DNA of 64,000 nucleotides from Kudoa neothunni (GCA_964304625.1 OZ199839.1:2502258-2566257), one strand, 5' to 3'; positions 27,230 through 42,030 are shown, counted from the first letter of the stretch. Numbers and translations: made by a program. The notes: a model not told the origin generated them from the letters alone.

Positions 27230-27398
27230 GAATAATAGAAACATATTTTAAAACATTATAATCTGTCTTTTCTTTTAAAACGGAATAAAAAACTTATCTA
27301 TCTGGTACATGCGTGCTCGTGTTATGCGTCGTTAATTCATGGATTCTGCGTAGTAATTTTGATTTCCCTTTTAATGATGCAAAATAAATAAGTCACCG
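27230..27398 (+). mobile_element. Right-end fragment of MITE-A
   Basis: TGCGTAGTAATTTTGATTTCCC...ATAAGTCACCG|TA aligns with 13740-13797. Confidence 0.45.
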
Positions 27399-28530
27399 TA
27401 TGTAAAATTTTGTGAAAAATGTCCGGCTACGCCTGGAATCCAAACTATGCTACATTGAAAAATCTCTTAACGCCTTTTCAAAAATACACTAATCCTCTAT
27501 ATTAAACCAGCGAAGTATGTATAGATTCCACAAATTGTATAATAGAAAACTTAAAATACAATAGTTATTTGTTGGAAAATATACATACAATTTGATTGGT
27601 CAAACTTTTTACATTTAATAAGCAAAATACTGATATAGGCAGATGCTTATTGCATCTGTTTAATTTGTAAAACTTACCTTATCGAAAGATAAATACTAAA
27701 AAATTAACTGATGAACAATTTTTTTACAATTTATGATTCTAACAAATTCAAAAACTTGGTCATATTGTTATTATAGGAATCTAATGATATAATTATAACG
27801 ATAAAATGATTATAACTTTTGCTGTAAATTAAATAATTCAACAAAAAAAAACTTATAAACTAAAATATCTATTGATTAATTTTACTTTGGTTTTAAAAAA
27901 TTTCGTAGTTGACATTTAGTTATTGAAAAAGAGCCTAATTTATAATAGGACGCGTATAGTTTGTTAAATGATTGAGTCATGTTGAAAACAGGAAATAGGA
28001 AATGTTATGAAATTTTTATAAAAAATAAACTTTACTTAAAGGTTAATATATAAACCATAAAGTGTGTTTTCATTGGTTTTTGTAAATTTGACAAAGATTT
28101 CACTTGCGCTGAAGATTTTATATTCGGGATTTAGTATCAAAATTAAAAATTATCATAATTTCCTGAATTCTTGCCACCGCTATACTTTTATTATGAATTA
28201 TCACGAGAAAACGTTGCAAAAAGGGGATGTTTTTTAGATGCCTAATCCTACTCTGTTACCTCTCCTAGAACTCGTCTCTTCCGATATGAATAAATATTCA
28301 TTTATCTAAATTTACGTAAATATAAAATTTAAAATATAGTTATAAAATATGTAATTAAAAATATCTACTATGAACAAGGTACAGCTATAGTTAACTAAAT
28401 CCTAGGCATTATTTAATATTAATATTTTATTCTGGACTAGCGCTATCAAAAAGATCACTCAAACAAATGTTTAGTTTAAATCGTTTATTAATACATTCAT
28501 AAAAATGTTTAACACATGATATTGCTTTAA

Positions 28531-29417
28531 CACTCTAAGGTTAAGGTACACAACAATGACTACACTCCAAAGAACTTGGGGTCTTTTGGACCCCAAGTTT
28601 TTATTTTACGGTAGTTAATAAAAAAATATTTCAAAATACCATACAAACATTAAGAAATTTCTAATCACAGAATTTCGAGAAAAATGTGATTCATTGAACC
28701 GGTTAATTCTACAAAATTCTATTCGGTAGGCTTATATAACGTTTCGTCAATTTTCGTGTAAATAAATCAACAATCTTTCATACTATAGAGAGAGAAATAA
28801 ACATAAAGGAAACAAAAATTTTTGAATATTGCAACTAATAGATTTGTATTTTGAACACTGATTATACTTACTCTAATAATGAAATCGACCAAAATATCGT
28901 CACCACTAATGTAATGACTAATGAATCGAATAGTTTTTATTTATCATTTTGGCGAGTAAACATTTGCAGAATACTTTCTTAAAGTTTGATTCCATTATTT
29001 CGATTTCTTAGGAACAATATGAATCGGGTGTTTTAGTTACATTCTGGTCCTTTGATTGTTAACAAGTAATGGTTAGTAGAAACATAATAAACATTAGATT
29101 GCTTAATTTTAAACGTCCAAGATTGATTAAAAACCTAAGAATTAACATTCTAAACATGCAACATCTATCACTCTTTATATTATCGTTCAGTGAGCTTCTA
29201 CAAAGTATTATATTAACTTGTCCAATGAATCATCTTTTTCTCATTTTTTTGTTAACTATCGTAAAATAAAAACCTGGATCCAAAAACCCCAAGTTCGCTG
29301 GAGTGTAATTTTTTATTTCAATATGAAATTTTGTTAATTTTTTTTTAAAGTTTAATAAGTAACATAACCAATTTAATACTACTTTGGGTTCCAAAAGACC
29401 CCAAGTTCGTTAGAGGG
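28531..29417. mobile_element. Non-autonomous piggyBac-type element with bipartite inverted repeats
   Basis: TTAA|CACTCTAA at the left end and TTAGAGGG|TTAC at the right end. Internal GAACTTGGGGTCTTTTGGACCCCAAG (~28572) is inverted relative to ~29275-29307 and ~29383-29417. Confidence 0.65.
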
Positions 29418-31315
29418 TTACTGAAATATTTATATGCAGAAAAATCACACATCCGGATTACGTCGAGTATTCTTAGATAATAAATGTTTTATTTTAAAGC
29501 GGCGGTTTAAAAGATCAATATTGTAAACTACTTATGACTTTTATCATTTTATCAACAATTTAATAGGGATGAACCATTTTTTCCTAGTGGTTTTAAGAAT
29601 CTCCTCTAAAATAAATAAGTCGAATCTCGGGCGAAGCTGGTTATCTCGTGATATTATTAAGTATTTTGATTAAACTTATCACGGTCGTAAAAATGATATT
29701 TTATAAAATTATGAGTTTAATTTTTTCATCAGCGATCTAAACGAGGGATTAATTTATTCGTTTAATGCTTCAAGATGTTCGTCTATAAAAAATAAGCCAG
29801 TTGAAGTCATGTTTTCGCGCTAATGTATATGGCGTTCTAGTTTAAATTTTTACATGCCAACAGACAACGTTTAATAAATATATTTTAAAAAGATCAATAC
29901 AGTATTTCAAATTTATTTCTTCAAGTTTACTTGCCCTGTTTGATCGCGTCACTCAATCATAATAATCGACAATAATAATTATGAAATAAATTTTAAAAAG
30001 CCTTTTTCTTAAAACATAACTAGATTTTTCCAAAAAATAAATCAACTAGAATTCAATAAAATTACTAAAGGATAAAATTTAAAAGTAACGCCGCGGTTAA
30101 ATACTCATACATTCATAAAAACTGATTTTTCATATACAATCTAGTTTTTATATTTTGGTAATATAGGTTAGGTAAAATTAAGAATTAAATTTAAGTTAAA
30201 AAAGTGCGTTTTTACAATAATTCACACGCTCCAATGTAGATTAGTGTGTGTTCCGACTACGCACGAGTTTCAAATTATTGTTCGCAAGAATTATTTCCTG
30301 ATAATTATAAAACGGAACGCACAAACTTGGGCACTCAATGAATTTTTTTGTGGTCCGCGATGAACCCTAATTAAGTTCAGATTAATAGTATGTTTCTAAA
30401 TGAAATGAAAAAAAAATTCGATTATTTAATTGCAATTGATTTATCTAGTTATTGAATATTTCGAGAATATCTAACGAAGTTATTAAAAAAATTTATTTGA
30501 GTTTTTTATTATATGCGAACCATTAAGAACGAAACATCAAAACACTCTAAGTAGGCCAAAAGATTTATTGCTATTAACCACTTCACTATGTGATATAGAA
30601 AAAACGTTTATTTTATTCGAAGTTCGTGTAACAATATTAATTATTTCTCCTTAAGTGTGTATGGAGGAGAATAAAATCATACAGACATTTGGTGGATTTA
30701 CGATTTAAAAATTCGCTTGACAATGCTGGTCCGAATTTTTAGTTTAGTTAAAATAAGATTAATAATTAAAGTACGTTTATAAACTATGTGAATTAAAAAA
30801 GTATATACATTGTGTGTAAAAATCAGAGTCTCTATAAGAAAAAAAAATGAAACGTAAAATAAACTTTGACAAAAATGATAAACATCGTTTAGAGCCAATA
30901 ATGAGCACATATTAAGTTAAGGGGAAATTTATACTGCACTTCACATATATCCACGCAACTATTTTTCACACCCAAAATATAGCTCATCTTTAATTTAGGT
31001 TATTTCTATTCTATTACTAAGCTAAAATGATTGAAATTCGAAAAAACAAAAGTAGATGATGAAACTCTAAAATTTAATGACGCCTAGACAGAAAAATATT
31101 TATTTTTTTTCAACAGGGACGAAGATTATTTGTTTGCTATGTCATTAGTTATTCAATTTAAAGCATTTAGTAAACTTATTAATTATGAATTATTTTGAAT
31201 ATGATGTTTCGATATTAGAAAATTTATCAAAAATGTGAGTTATAACTTTAGTTTTAAATTTTTCTGGCGTGAATGTTTTAGAAGGTTTAAAGGACCCAAA
31301 AGTTTGTATACCACT

Positions 31316-33311
31316 GTTATAAAGCCTGTGACATCTGAAATACACCTATCTCCGCATCGTTTTCGTCACCAATATTTTTACGATTCTAATTAATAAAATA
31401 AATAAATAAATATGACGTGCAAAAAATCAGCTCCAAGAAATAACTTCAAAATATTCGCCAATCCCACTTCGAACGCCATCGTCCCCACATGTAATCTCCC
31501 TTATGTTTGCAAAAACTTGCCAATTTCATTATTTGTTACATATTTTAACTTATTAGTTATATCCAATCACTTAAATTATTTTTTACATAATCTTTTGACC
31601 ATCAAACGAGTTTAAATGTTCTATATAATGGTGTTTTATTTTACAGACTGAGCAAATAAATCTGTTCATACCCAATTGATGAAATATAAATTTGATTGTT
31701 ATTTATTATGTTAAAACAAGATGTTTAATTTATAAATTTTGTTGGTAAATATTTATTCACTGGTTAAAATCAACCATGCAAAATTAAAATATTGTTTTAT
31801 TTTTAAGATTGACGTTTTAATGTGTCCATTATCTTCTACAAAAATTATAAACTATTATTTTTGTCATAAATAAAATACAGTAGTCATCAAAATATAAAAT
31901 AGACGGTTATTAAAAATCTTGTAGATAAATCCAATCAAGATGCTCGTACATTTTTAAATCATTTTCTAAACTACTGTCATTTAGTAAGTGTAAAAAATCT
32001 AAAACGCTAAAAAACATTTTGAAATATTATTTAATAACTTATTTTATGTGATAATTTTTCATCAAATTATCTTCTGATATATTTTCTAAGTAGACATGAA
32101 CATTTGCTTATTTTGCTATACGAATTATTTATTTTAACTAAATTTAGAAAACGTTATGTTTAAAAAATTAATATGTTTAATGAATTCGTAAATAACGAAT
32201 ATAATGTTGTTGGAATAGTACTTTCACATGTATGTTAATCTCGATTAGTTTTAATATAGAAAAATAGACTAAAATGTACATATTTTCAAAGATAGCTTTG
32301 TAATAATCTAACTAAACTAAAGACAATTACTGATAAAGTGTTGTTGACAAGATTTATTTCTTGACACATGATAAACCAGCACCATTCTTAAATCAAGTAT
32401 TCCTTAGGACATAAGAATGATACATCCGTTCTGTAAGTACCTTATTGAGTGGTCGATCTTAACATCATCATACCCAAGCTCACCTATATCATTATAGGTT
32501 GGCCATTCGTCACTGGATATGATTGACCCCTGTTGAATTTCTCTATTGATAATAGTATAGGCAAAATTTATTTATTTTTCGATGGGTGATTGGAAACCTT
32601 ATCATTTTTGTTGGAAGATGAAATGGATTAATTCACGCACCAAAGATAAAATATTTTAAAAATTTTGATGTTAAATTTTGAGACGGACCACCTATAAGAA
32701 AGTTTGATAGAAATGTTTCATATTTGAGGTAAATTTTTACTTTCTACTTAAATATGTGAAAGCATGATTCACATTATTTCTCTCATGCACAGACTGTTTA
32801 GATATCGGTCTGATAACATTTCTGTTCCGATTTCTCAGGATCAAACAATTGATATTTCTACAATTTTTGCAGCTGTTTTGAACTCTATGTATTAACCTTT
32901 ATAAAAAATGTATAAAAAAATATTTCATAATCAATAACGAACAAACAAAGTTATTATTGCTTTTAAACTTAGAAATTACAATCGGAATAGCATATGATAA
33001 ACTAAACGAGTAAATAGTTAATCTGTTTATTTGTTGATGTAAAAAAATAATTAAAATGATTTGGTATAACTTATATGTTAAAATATGTAACTAATAATGA
33101 AATTGGTAAGTTTTTACAAACATAAAAAAGATTACACATGGGGACGATGACTCTCGATTGTAGGATTTAACTAAAATTTAGAAGTTATTTCTTGGAGCTG
33201 AATTTGTACACGCCATATTCAATTATTTTATTAATTAGAATCGTAAAAATATGGCGACAAAAACGATGAGGAAATGGGTGTTTTTCAGATGTCACAGACT
33301 TATCATAATCC
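31316..33311 (-). mobile_element. Merlin (IS1016/ISXO2-like) transposon, decayed
   Basis: ~85-bp TIRs (31316-31400 vs 33224-33311, right end reads GGATTATGATAAG on the minus strand). Imperfect 9-bp TSD TATACCACT/AATTCCACT. Minus-strand remnants IGGP... and IINREIQQGSIISSDEWPTYNDIGELGYDDVKIDHS (ISXO2 'GS.I.SD.W..Y....GY.H..VNHS' motif). Confidence 0.8.
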
Positions 33312-33533
33312 AATTCCACTTTCGAGAATATATTTAAATTCAAAAAAATAAACGGATATGGATATGCGGATTTTTAGGTGTCGACGAACTTACAAAAAGA
33401 TGTGTTTTTGAACGACGGGTAATCACAACAACGCGCGCGCAAAAACATAAAAAATGACTGAAAGTTTTATATTCGATATTTGTCACTTTATTTGACCTCA
33501 CATTAATTAGGTAAGGATACAATATTAGAATTG

Positions 33534-34693
33534 ATGAAATCCACAAGTGGAGTTAGCGGTGGATTCCGGGAGGTAATCGACCTTCTGGAAAAGAATCACA
33601 TAGATGAAAATGGGACACCTAAGTCTATTTCCGACAAACTATCAGATGTACTAATGTTGCATAAATTTATATACGTAGGATTTAGAATATTTCAATGCTG
33701 TCGGAAAGCAAGACCGAATATCAATGCAGTTTGACGTTGGTTCAACTAATTCAACAAATCAATCTCCTTTTTTATCCAATTCAAACATTAACACCACGCA
33801 CAATAACAAATATCAAAAAGTAATACAACACGAAGGTGTGACATTAAATGTGTGTAGTTTTTGGATTATCTAAATCAACAAATTCGAAGGCATGATTCGG
33901 ACATCCAAAATCCAATCGAATTGTCAAGCTCCGAGCATGAGGTGATTAGGTTTTAGGTTGAAATAGTAGCCACTAGTATTTAGGAATTTGAAGAATGGAT
34001 AACAACACTTGTGGCTGCTAACATCGAGACAATTTTAAAGAACCTTTGTGATATCAATGGAATTAAAAATTCTCTCCGTGACAACAAGACCGAAGGTGCT
34101 TTCTCAGATTATATACTCTATGTAAACTATTATAGATGATAGTAAGAATCATCGCGAATTTGCACCATTGAGTGATCAAAAAAGACTTAATTTGGAAAAA
34201 ATTGCAGATACACTTTGGACACATGTCAATTCCACCAATAATCAAATTTGTGAGAATAAATCCAAACTTGACGAACTTCAAGAGTCCAATTATTCAATTA
34301 GAACTCGTTTGAAAAAACTCATTGTCTCATGTGGTAACACAGACCACACCCACCATTCTTGACGCCTTGTCAAAAAGTGATTCCTTCTATAAAAATATTC
34401 ATCTGCACATTGAACACATGGAGACAAAAGTTGAGTATCTACAACTTAAAATGGAGCTCACCAAACAAGAACTCTACAACAACACCTACGATGAAGAGAA
34501 CCTAAAAGCGCTTAACAATGTCAAAAGTCAACTGGAAAGAAAATTGTATGTGGCAAAAAATAAACTAGCTCATTACAAACGCTCGTTAGACACATACAAC
34601 AACCTTGGAGCCGATTTCAAAACTATATGTGACAAATATACCGCTCTACAGAAACAATATGACAACAAAAAATGGGCTCTTGATTCGTTATAA
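33534..34693 (+). CDS. HAUS4: HAUS augmin-like complex subunit 4, multi-exon, one unresolved frame junction at ~34310-34342
   Basis: C-terminus LKMELTKQELYNNTYDEENLKAL..LDTYNNLGADFKTICDKYTALQKQYDNKKWALDSL* matches the recalled HAUS4 ending 'DTYT..NSYEVLGEEFDRLVKEYT.LKQATENKRWAL'. Confidence 0.75.
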
Positions 34694-35887
34694 AAATGAT
34701 GATAGATTAATTTATAAATATTGATACAATTGTTTTTTTTTCTGCATACTCTTCTTTTTGATACATTTAATGAAAAGTTTAAAGCTAAAACATTGTCCAT
34801 TTGAGTGTTATATGCATTTATTTTCCAAATTCATTCGCATCCGTGTACTCCAATTAATCTCTCAGGGACACATCTAGCTTGGACTGTGACTGTACGGAGG
34901 TCTTATAAGTAGGGCGTGCAATTTTAAACGCTTTTATGCATAAAGGAGATTATACACTGATCTGCCTAAAAATCTCTGTGCTCCCAAAACACAAAGCAAC
35001 TTTACATGTAATATAATAAAATTATATTTTAATATAATTATAGTAGGATAGAGATTTTTTCTCTCGAAAAGATGTTCTCTTATCCGAAAGATCATACCTG
35101 GTCTCCGAAAAATTTAAATTGCCATTGAAGACAACTACAGTAGGTAACCGATTTTCCGTAACTTCAGCGCGCAATAAAAATAAACCTATTTTAAAAAAAT
35201 TAATTTCATTTATACAATCACCTATTTTTATTGAAACAATATGTTATTTCTAATTTTATTTTTAAATGTGTACGTCGTAATTTTATGATGTTAACCCATT
35301 ATTTCGTCCAGATAATCAATTCGTCTCTGTCTTATATTTCTCCTGCATGTTTAAACATTTAAATGAATCTTTTGATGATATAAATTCTACCACTTGTTCA
35401 TCTTCAGTTTCAAAATTAAAAGATTCAGTAAACAAAGAAGTAAGCTCGTCAATGTGTTTTGATGTAGGCCTAATGAATTCCTCTTGAATAACCTCGGAAT
35501 TTCCAGCTTAGAATACTTTATTGCTAAAATTAACGTTTGATGAACGCTCGCACTTGTTGGTTGCAGGAAACTCATATTTTCTGAAGCAGTTAAATACAAT
35601 ATCCTTTGAAACACCGTCCCATGGTTTTTTTCGATTAGGAATAATGTTTATAGCGAATAAATAATAAATATACGAGTTATTAAAAAATGCTAAGGTATCG
35701 AACCGGAATGGATCAAAGACACACGAAATACCCTCTAACACACAAACACAAACACGCACACATACATATACAATAAGCACAATGACTATTGTTTTAGAGA
35801 CAATGCCAGATATTTTGGAAAAATTACAAAAATTAATTTATAGCTACCTTCTGGTAATGAAAAATGTAATCAATTGTAGAATTCGAG

Positions 35888-38800
35888 TTATTGTCGGTTG
35901 GCGTCATTTCCGTTGTATGGTGATTGGTTTTGATGAGCATTACCAGGACTTTGATATGATTGTGTTTGAGATTGAGAGTAGCCGTGAATTGAGTTATCCT
36001 CGTTGTAAGAGTAGTTACTATATTGAGGATTCGAAGAGGCCTGCCACACATTGTCATAATTGGATGTTTGCGTATCGTTAATACTAGCAGCAGGATTATC
36101 ATGAACAGGTCCGTAAAAACTGTTGAGTTGATGTTGATGCTGATTGGGAGCAAAAGATTGAGAGCCGAAATTTGTAGGTGGGGCGTTGTTATGGTTCAAT
36201 AAAAAACTGGGGTTAGACGAATAAGATAGTCGTGGATCTGTGGAAGAAACATGCTGGCTGGAATAATACATATTAGGTATGGGGAAAGAACTGTTATTTG
36301 TGTTATGGGTCATATCAAATAGCCCAACTCCCATGGTTTGCAACCACACAGGAGGAACAGGTGGCATATTTGAGACGCTATATGCGATAGAATTTCGCGA
36401 AGAAAATGTATTCTCATCGGTCAACGAAGAAGAGTCTTCCTCGTTATCGTCGCCAGAAGATTCCAAGTAATTTGAGAGTACTTCATCCTCGGGGTCGCCA
36501 GTAGTAAATGAATTTTCACTTTGAACGTTGGCGGACAAATTTTCGGGTCGTCCGTAGAGTTCACGGTTGGTGCCTACAATTAATGACGCTTCTCTGCTGC
36601 CATGTTTAACAGCTACACCTTGGCCATTACATAAACGTTTTCCACTCCTGATGCTAAGTTTGACATCGCTCTCGGTGGTGTTGTTTAACGAATCCTCTGT
36701 GCCATCATTATTGGTAAGTATCACAAGTCTACAACACACATAATCATCAACCACCTAGTATGAATAAGGTAAGAGAGTACTTTTCTCGATAAAATTCACG
36801 TTCTTTAAGAAGTTCATCGATTTCTCGTTTCGAGGCACAATATTGGATCTAAGACAAAAATATTTTATTATTGTCAATCAAATCCATTACGAATAATTTC
36901 TGTTTTTCATGCTCCAACTCATCAATCTAAATAATACAATTAAATAAGAATATTAATTCACTTGAATAGGTTATTTGTAGTTACTTTTTTCCGCAAATGT
37001 GTGACTTGACTTTCGTTTTCGGAGATATAATCGTCGAATTTCCGCCTACCAATTTCAAATATAACCAATTTCTACACATGGAACTATTACTGTATAACTT
37101 CAGAAGGTTGAGAATTTTTTTGGCTTAATTGAATGGTAAGTTCTCTATTTTTCTGTTTGAATTCATCGATTTCTCTATTCCAATATCAATCCACATATCA
37201 TCGAACCACCATCAAAATAAAAACTTGAAATAACGGTCAGCTTGTTGATTATGAAGTTTTTTAATTGAAGCTATTTCAACTTCTAAAAGTTCATTCTTCG
37301 CTGTCAACTCAATACAACCATCTTTGGATTGTTTGTATTGTCGAATTAAATTTTCTTTTTCTCCTACAATCAATTAAACATCATATAAAATCATTGTTGA
37401 ATACCCTTTAAAGAGGAGATTTTTTCATTCAACACAAAATTTTCTTTTTCATATGTAGAACTTCGAACATCGAGTTCATTATATGTTCGAAGCCACTGTT
37501 TAATACATAGATCAATCTACAATTTACTAACAAATACGAAACTAAATACATTATCGAAAAATTTAGTCTTGTTTGATTTGTTGGCGTTATCCAAAGTGAA
37601 AAATGTTGGTAGATCGGTAGAACTTATGTTGTTATCGGCAGGTGGTTCCGTGGTAGTATCATCAGCAATGCTATTGTCAGTCGGGAAAGAAGCGATTTGT
37701 TCTGCTAACAACTACATCGCCAATCGCCAATAGGAATTATTATAAACTACCGCAGTTATTTAACACAAAATTGAACCTTATTAGCGAATAACTGATTTTT
37801 ATATAATTGTTGGGTTTCTTCTTTTAATAAAGTTTCTTTTTTCAATTTTTCTTTTATTTTTTCACATCTATACAACAATAAAAACATAGAGATTAGATTT
37901 TTTTAGATAATCAATCTAACTCGATTTGGGAGTCATTTTGAGCTTGTGCCATCTAACACAAATAACCTCAGAATTTGTTCAGTTAATACAAGCAAATAAA
38001 TACATGATTGATTTGATTTGTTAAATCAGCTTCAATTTGTTTTAGCTCGTTTAGTTGGTCACTGAATTCAGTATTTTTAGCCGAAACTCGCTTGAGATTT
38101 TCTTTTAGATCATTGAGCTAAAATCGCCAAATAATAAATGATTAAACGTTTGTGTGTGCTCAGAATTGTTATATTAAGGAAGTTTATCATTTTTTAATTA
38201 GCTACTTTAAAGAATTTAATCTTAGATGAAACATTTACGAAACTAGCGATAAATAAACCAACTAATCTATAAGAGCAAATTACGAATAAGATAAGTATAC
38301 TTTTTTATGCTTTGATTCTGCTTCTTTGTTGGCTTTATCGGAATTTTTGCTGAGCACCAAATTTTCTTGATTCAACCGATCAACCAACGCTTTATAATTG
38401 TTAACTTCGGTCTAATGCACACAATTGTGAAACCCAAATAGAAAATGTTAATAGATCACTTCTAAATGATCAACTTGATCCATAGTGATATCTCTCATTG
38501 TGTTGGCACTTTCTCGGTGCTGTCGAAAGTCTTCTTTCAATAATTCGTTCTCGTTACACATATTAGAGTGTAAGCCTTTCAGCCACTCTATTCGATTCCG
38601 TTGAACAATATTTGTTACTATGAATGGAAAACACAAAACAATGAGGGTGTTGAATAACCGATGGAGAGAATTTACACTGAACAGCTTCACAGATTGGATC
38701 AGACTTTTTTGAGGATTGCCGATCGTAACAATATCTTATCACGCAAATGGTGAATTTTATATTTGTGTACAAAATGAATATGTAAATCGCAACCAGAACC

Positions 38801-39179
38801 GAGATTTCATATATCTACAATATCATAGAAAATTCACATAAAATCAATCCACCCAACCAAACCATCAAAATATATAAAAACTAATTACAGTTAAAGATTG
38901 GAATAATTTGTCGAAAAAAATGTCTCCAAATACAAAAAAATCTTCAAAAACTGTCGAAATTCGTTTGTATGAATTTCCAAATGACATTCTCAATCTCCAA
39001 ATATCGTTTACACCGAATCTACACAACCGATACAGACAATGTACAAACACACCACATCTCATTGGACTAATGTAATACTTTACTATGGCGTTCATTTTTC
39101 TGATCAGTGGATGTGAACCTTCGTCTATCGACCCAGCAGATGGGGGGTTGATAGTGGTTACATTAAATACTGTCTCCAT
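35888..39179 (-). CDS. TM + long coiled-coil + low-complexity tail protein, probable cTAGE5/MIA2/TANGO1 family (5' end uncertain)
   Basis: Many short GT-AG introns. Hydrophobic exon IYEISVLVAIYIFILYTNIKFTICVI, heptad-rich exons, spliced HEKQKLF|IQYCASKREIDELLKEREFYREK|L resembling the end of cTAGE5 CC2, and a tail containing PPVPP. Confidence 0.5.
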
Positions 39180-41837
39180 CCTACTGAATAAATCGACGCA
39201 TGCTCATACGAAATTTTTATTATTTGTTAGGTGTTTATATTTCTCACATTACAGCTATCACAACAATTTTAGTATTTATTTGGTTATATAAAATTTAATG
39301 AGGTCAACAATGATAAAATTACATCGAAAATAGTAAAAATATATTTGAAAATTATCTACTCGCTTAAATGAGATAGTAATATTTCACAGTAATAAAATCA
39401 TTCGTAAATGTACGTTAATTTATATATTTAAAGATAAATTATTAACAGTTAAAATTAATTGTTATTATCTACTGGAGGTGGATTTGCGATAAAGATGTTT
39501 GTTTGTTATTGTGGATCAAAATCACACTTTTTACATCCACAAAGTGAAAACTAATCCATTCCATTATTAAATATTATCAACTAAATCCAAGAAACAATAT
39601 TACAGAGGATCGATAGTATTATTCATCTTATCCATCAGGTGATGAATGATATTGGCAAGTCAGTGGTAACATGTTTAGATTAGTTAAATTTTATGATATT
39701 AAATTTTTATAATCAATCAAGAAAATCATAAAATATCGTCATTAATAAGGATAAATATATGGTTGTGGACAGAAATTATTGTTTAGAGGATTAACAAACA
39801 AACCAACAAACTTGCGCATGCATCCTCGCCATTTTAGTGTATGAGATAGCGCTTCATATTCCAAATCGCACTGTCATAGTGTTAATGATCAATTTAATTA
39901 TATCATTCGTTTTAAATTGAAAGCAAATGTCAATGATAAAATAATACTCGAACATTCATAATCAAGTGATGTTAATCTATTACTTAATTAAATATTAAAA
40001 TTAGTTGTTTTACAATTCGCTTGAAGAGTAAAATTGATTTTTATTTACATTAGAGTTTTTATAAGGTATTTAACTTTAAAAAAGACACGTTATTTTTATG
40101 GTAAAATTTAATTGTACATTAATTTGCGCATGCGCATTATTTTAAATTCTAACTATTTTTCGCTGTAACTAGTGCGTGAGAATAAATATAGTCATAACTA
40201 ATTTAATGTGAATATCATATGATTATGATTATGGTTGGGAATAGCATCTGTCAATAAATAAAGATTAGGTTTCGATTAATAGATAAGATATAGGAGTAGA
40301 ATTTATTTTTCTCTACAATACTCATTTTAAAGATTATTAACAGTATAATTCTTTTTTATTTTTGTCGCTTAAATTAACGGATTAAAAGATAAAGTCACTG
40401 CGGATTTTGGCCGAAAATTTTTTTAAATAACGAAATTATTCATACATCTATTATGGAAAATTAAAAATATAACTTCAAATTCATTACTGTTTTAAAATTC
40501 AACATTAAAAGAAACAAAAGGTCGTGTAAATTTGATTAATTCCATCTTGGGTCCACTCACGATGAATTATCGCATTCTATCTAGAAGGCTCTAATTTGAT
40601 ACTAAAAACAATTCCTATACTACTAACACGCTCTATTATTCGGAATGGAGATCATTTTAATGAAGAAATTTATGATTGTATTATAATTATCGGGTTGTTA
40701 TCGTCCTATTTGGAAAGTTGATTTTCAAGCTAAGCTAAGCTTATGAATTATATTAACTAATTTATTCAAATGAATGCCCTATATAATTTTCATATTAATA
40801 TTTAGGGATGTAGTCATAATCAAATTTCTTCAATTGATTAGTTTACTTCAACATTCTTATCATTATTCATTAAATGAAAAATTAAATACAAGGTTATATT
40901 TAGTGGGCATAATTAATTATTTCCCTTATTTAATAATTTTTGATTTTTTAACAATACTGTGAATTTAATTTTTCATATTTAAATTAATATTCATAAATAA
41001 CTGTTTTGTTTAAAATGAGGTAGAAATCTATAAATCTCTTAAAATAATAATTAATAATCTCTTATACATGATACATGACTGCAGAGAATTGACATAAGAT
41101 TATTATTCTTATAATTTACCGTGTTTCACCGAATATAAGACCTAATGATAATTATGAGCTCGTTTATCGCATTACACCTAATAAAATACTAAAGATCTGG
41201 TTGTTATAAATAAATTATATAATAAAATATCTCGTGAAATGTAGGTTTATTGACCATTTAATAATACTAAACATTTTAAAGTTAACACACCCATTAAGCA
41301 CGATGATTATTGGATTCGATTGTCATCTTATCGCTAATTTAAGAGAAAAAATATCATACTCACCGAATTAGTGTTCCCCATCGTATTTCATTTGTTCAAA
41401 AATTTGTCGATTAAAAATTTGTTTTAATCCTTTTAAACAAGATAAATAAAGCAAAGAAAGTCACGTATGTTACAAAGACAAGACCTAATTCCCCCTTTAT
41501 TAAATCAACAAAAAATTTAAGATTTTTCTCATATTTGTTAAAAAAAAGTAAATTAATTTAAGAAGTTTTTATGAATTCATTTTTTTGGATTTTGAATTAA
41601 TCGAAATTTTCTCTAAACTCAAAAAATTCGTACACTGCCTCTTTAAAGTATGCCATTATCCAAGACAAATCCGTTACGTTGTTTTGATAAATCTCAGACG
41701 ATTTATAGGTCATAATCGACATCTCCCGCTTGATAAAACCATTAGTATGGACAACAAATATTAAATAATGAACATTTAATTAAAACATAATATCATCTAT
41801 GGATCTTCAATTCCAACTATGAAAAAGCATTTTCCCA

Positions 41838-42030
41838 AACACACACATATATATATATATATATATAAATAAATGTAAATAAATGTAAATAAATGTAAAT
41901 AAATATATATATATATATATATAAAAATAAATATAAATATATATATATATATAAAAATAAATATAAATATATAAATAAATATATAAATAAATATAAATAT
42001 ATATAAATATATAAATAAATATATATATGA
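41838..42030. repeat. AT-rich low-complexity/microsatellite tract ((CA)n,(TA)n,(ATAAATGTAA)n)
   Basis: Seen directly. Explains spurious ORFs 41797-42049. Confidence 0.9.

Noticed and set aside
6120-39179. Functional cluster of secretory-pathway genes (SCYL2, BCAP31, RPN1, cTAGE5-like)
   Set aside because: They are interspersed with unrelated genes and in mixed orientation, so chance is sufficient.
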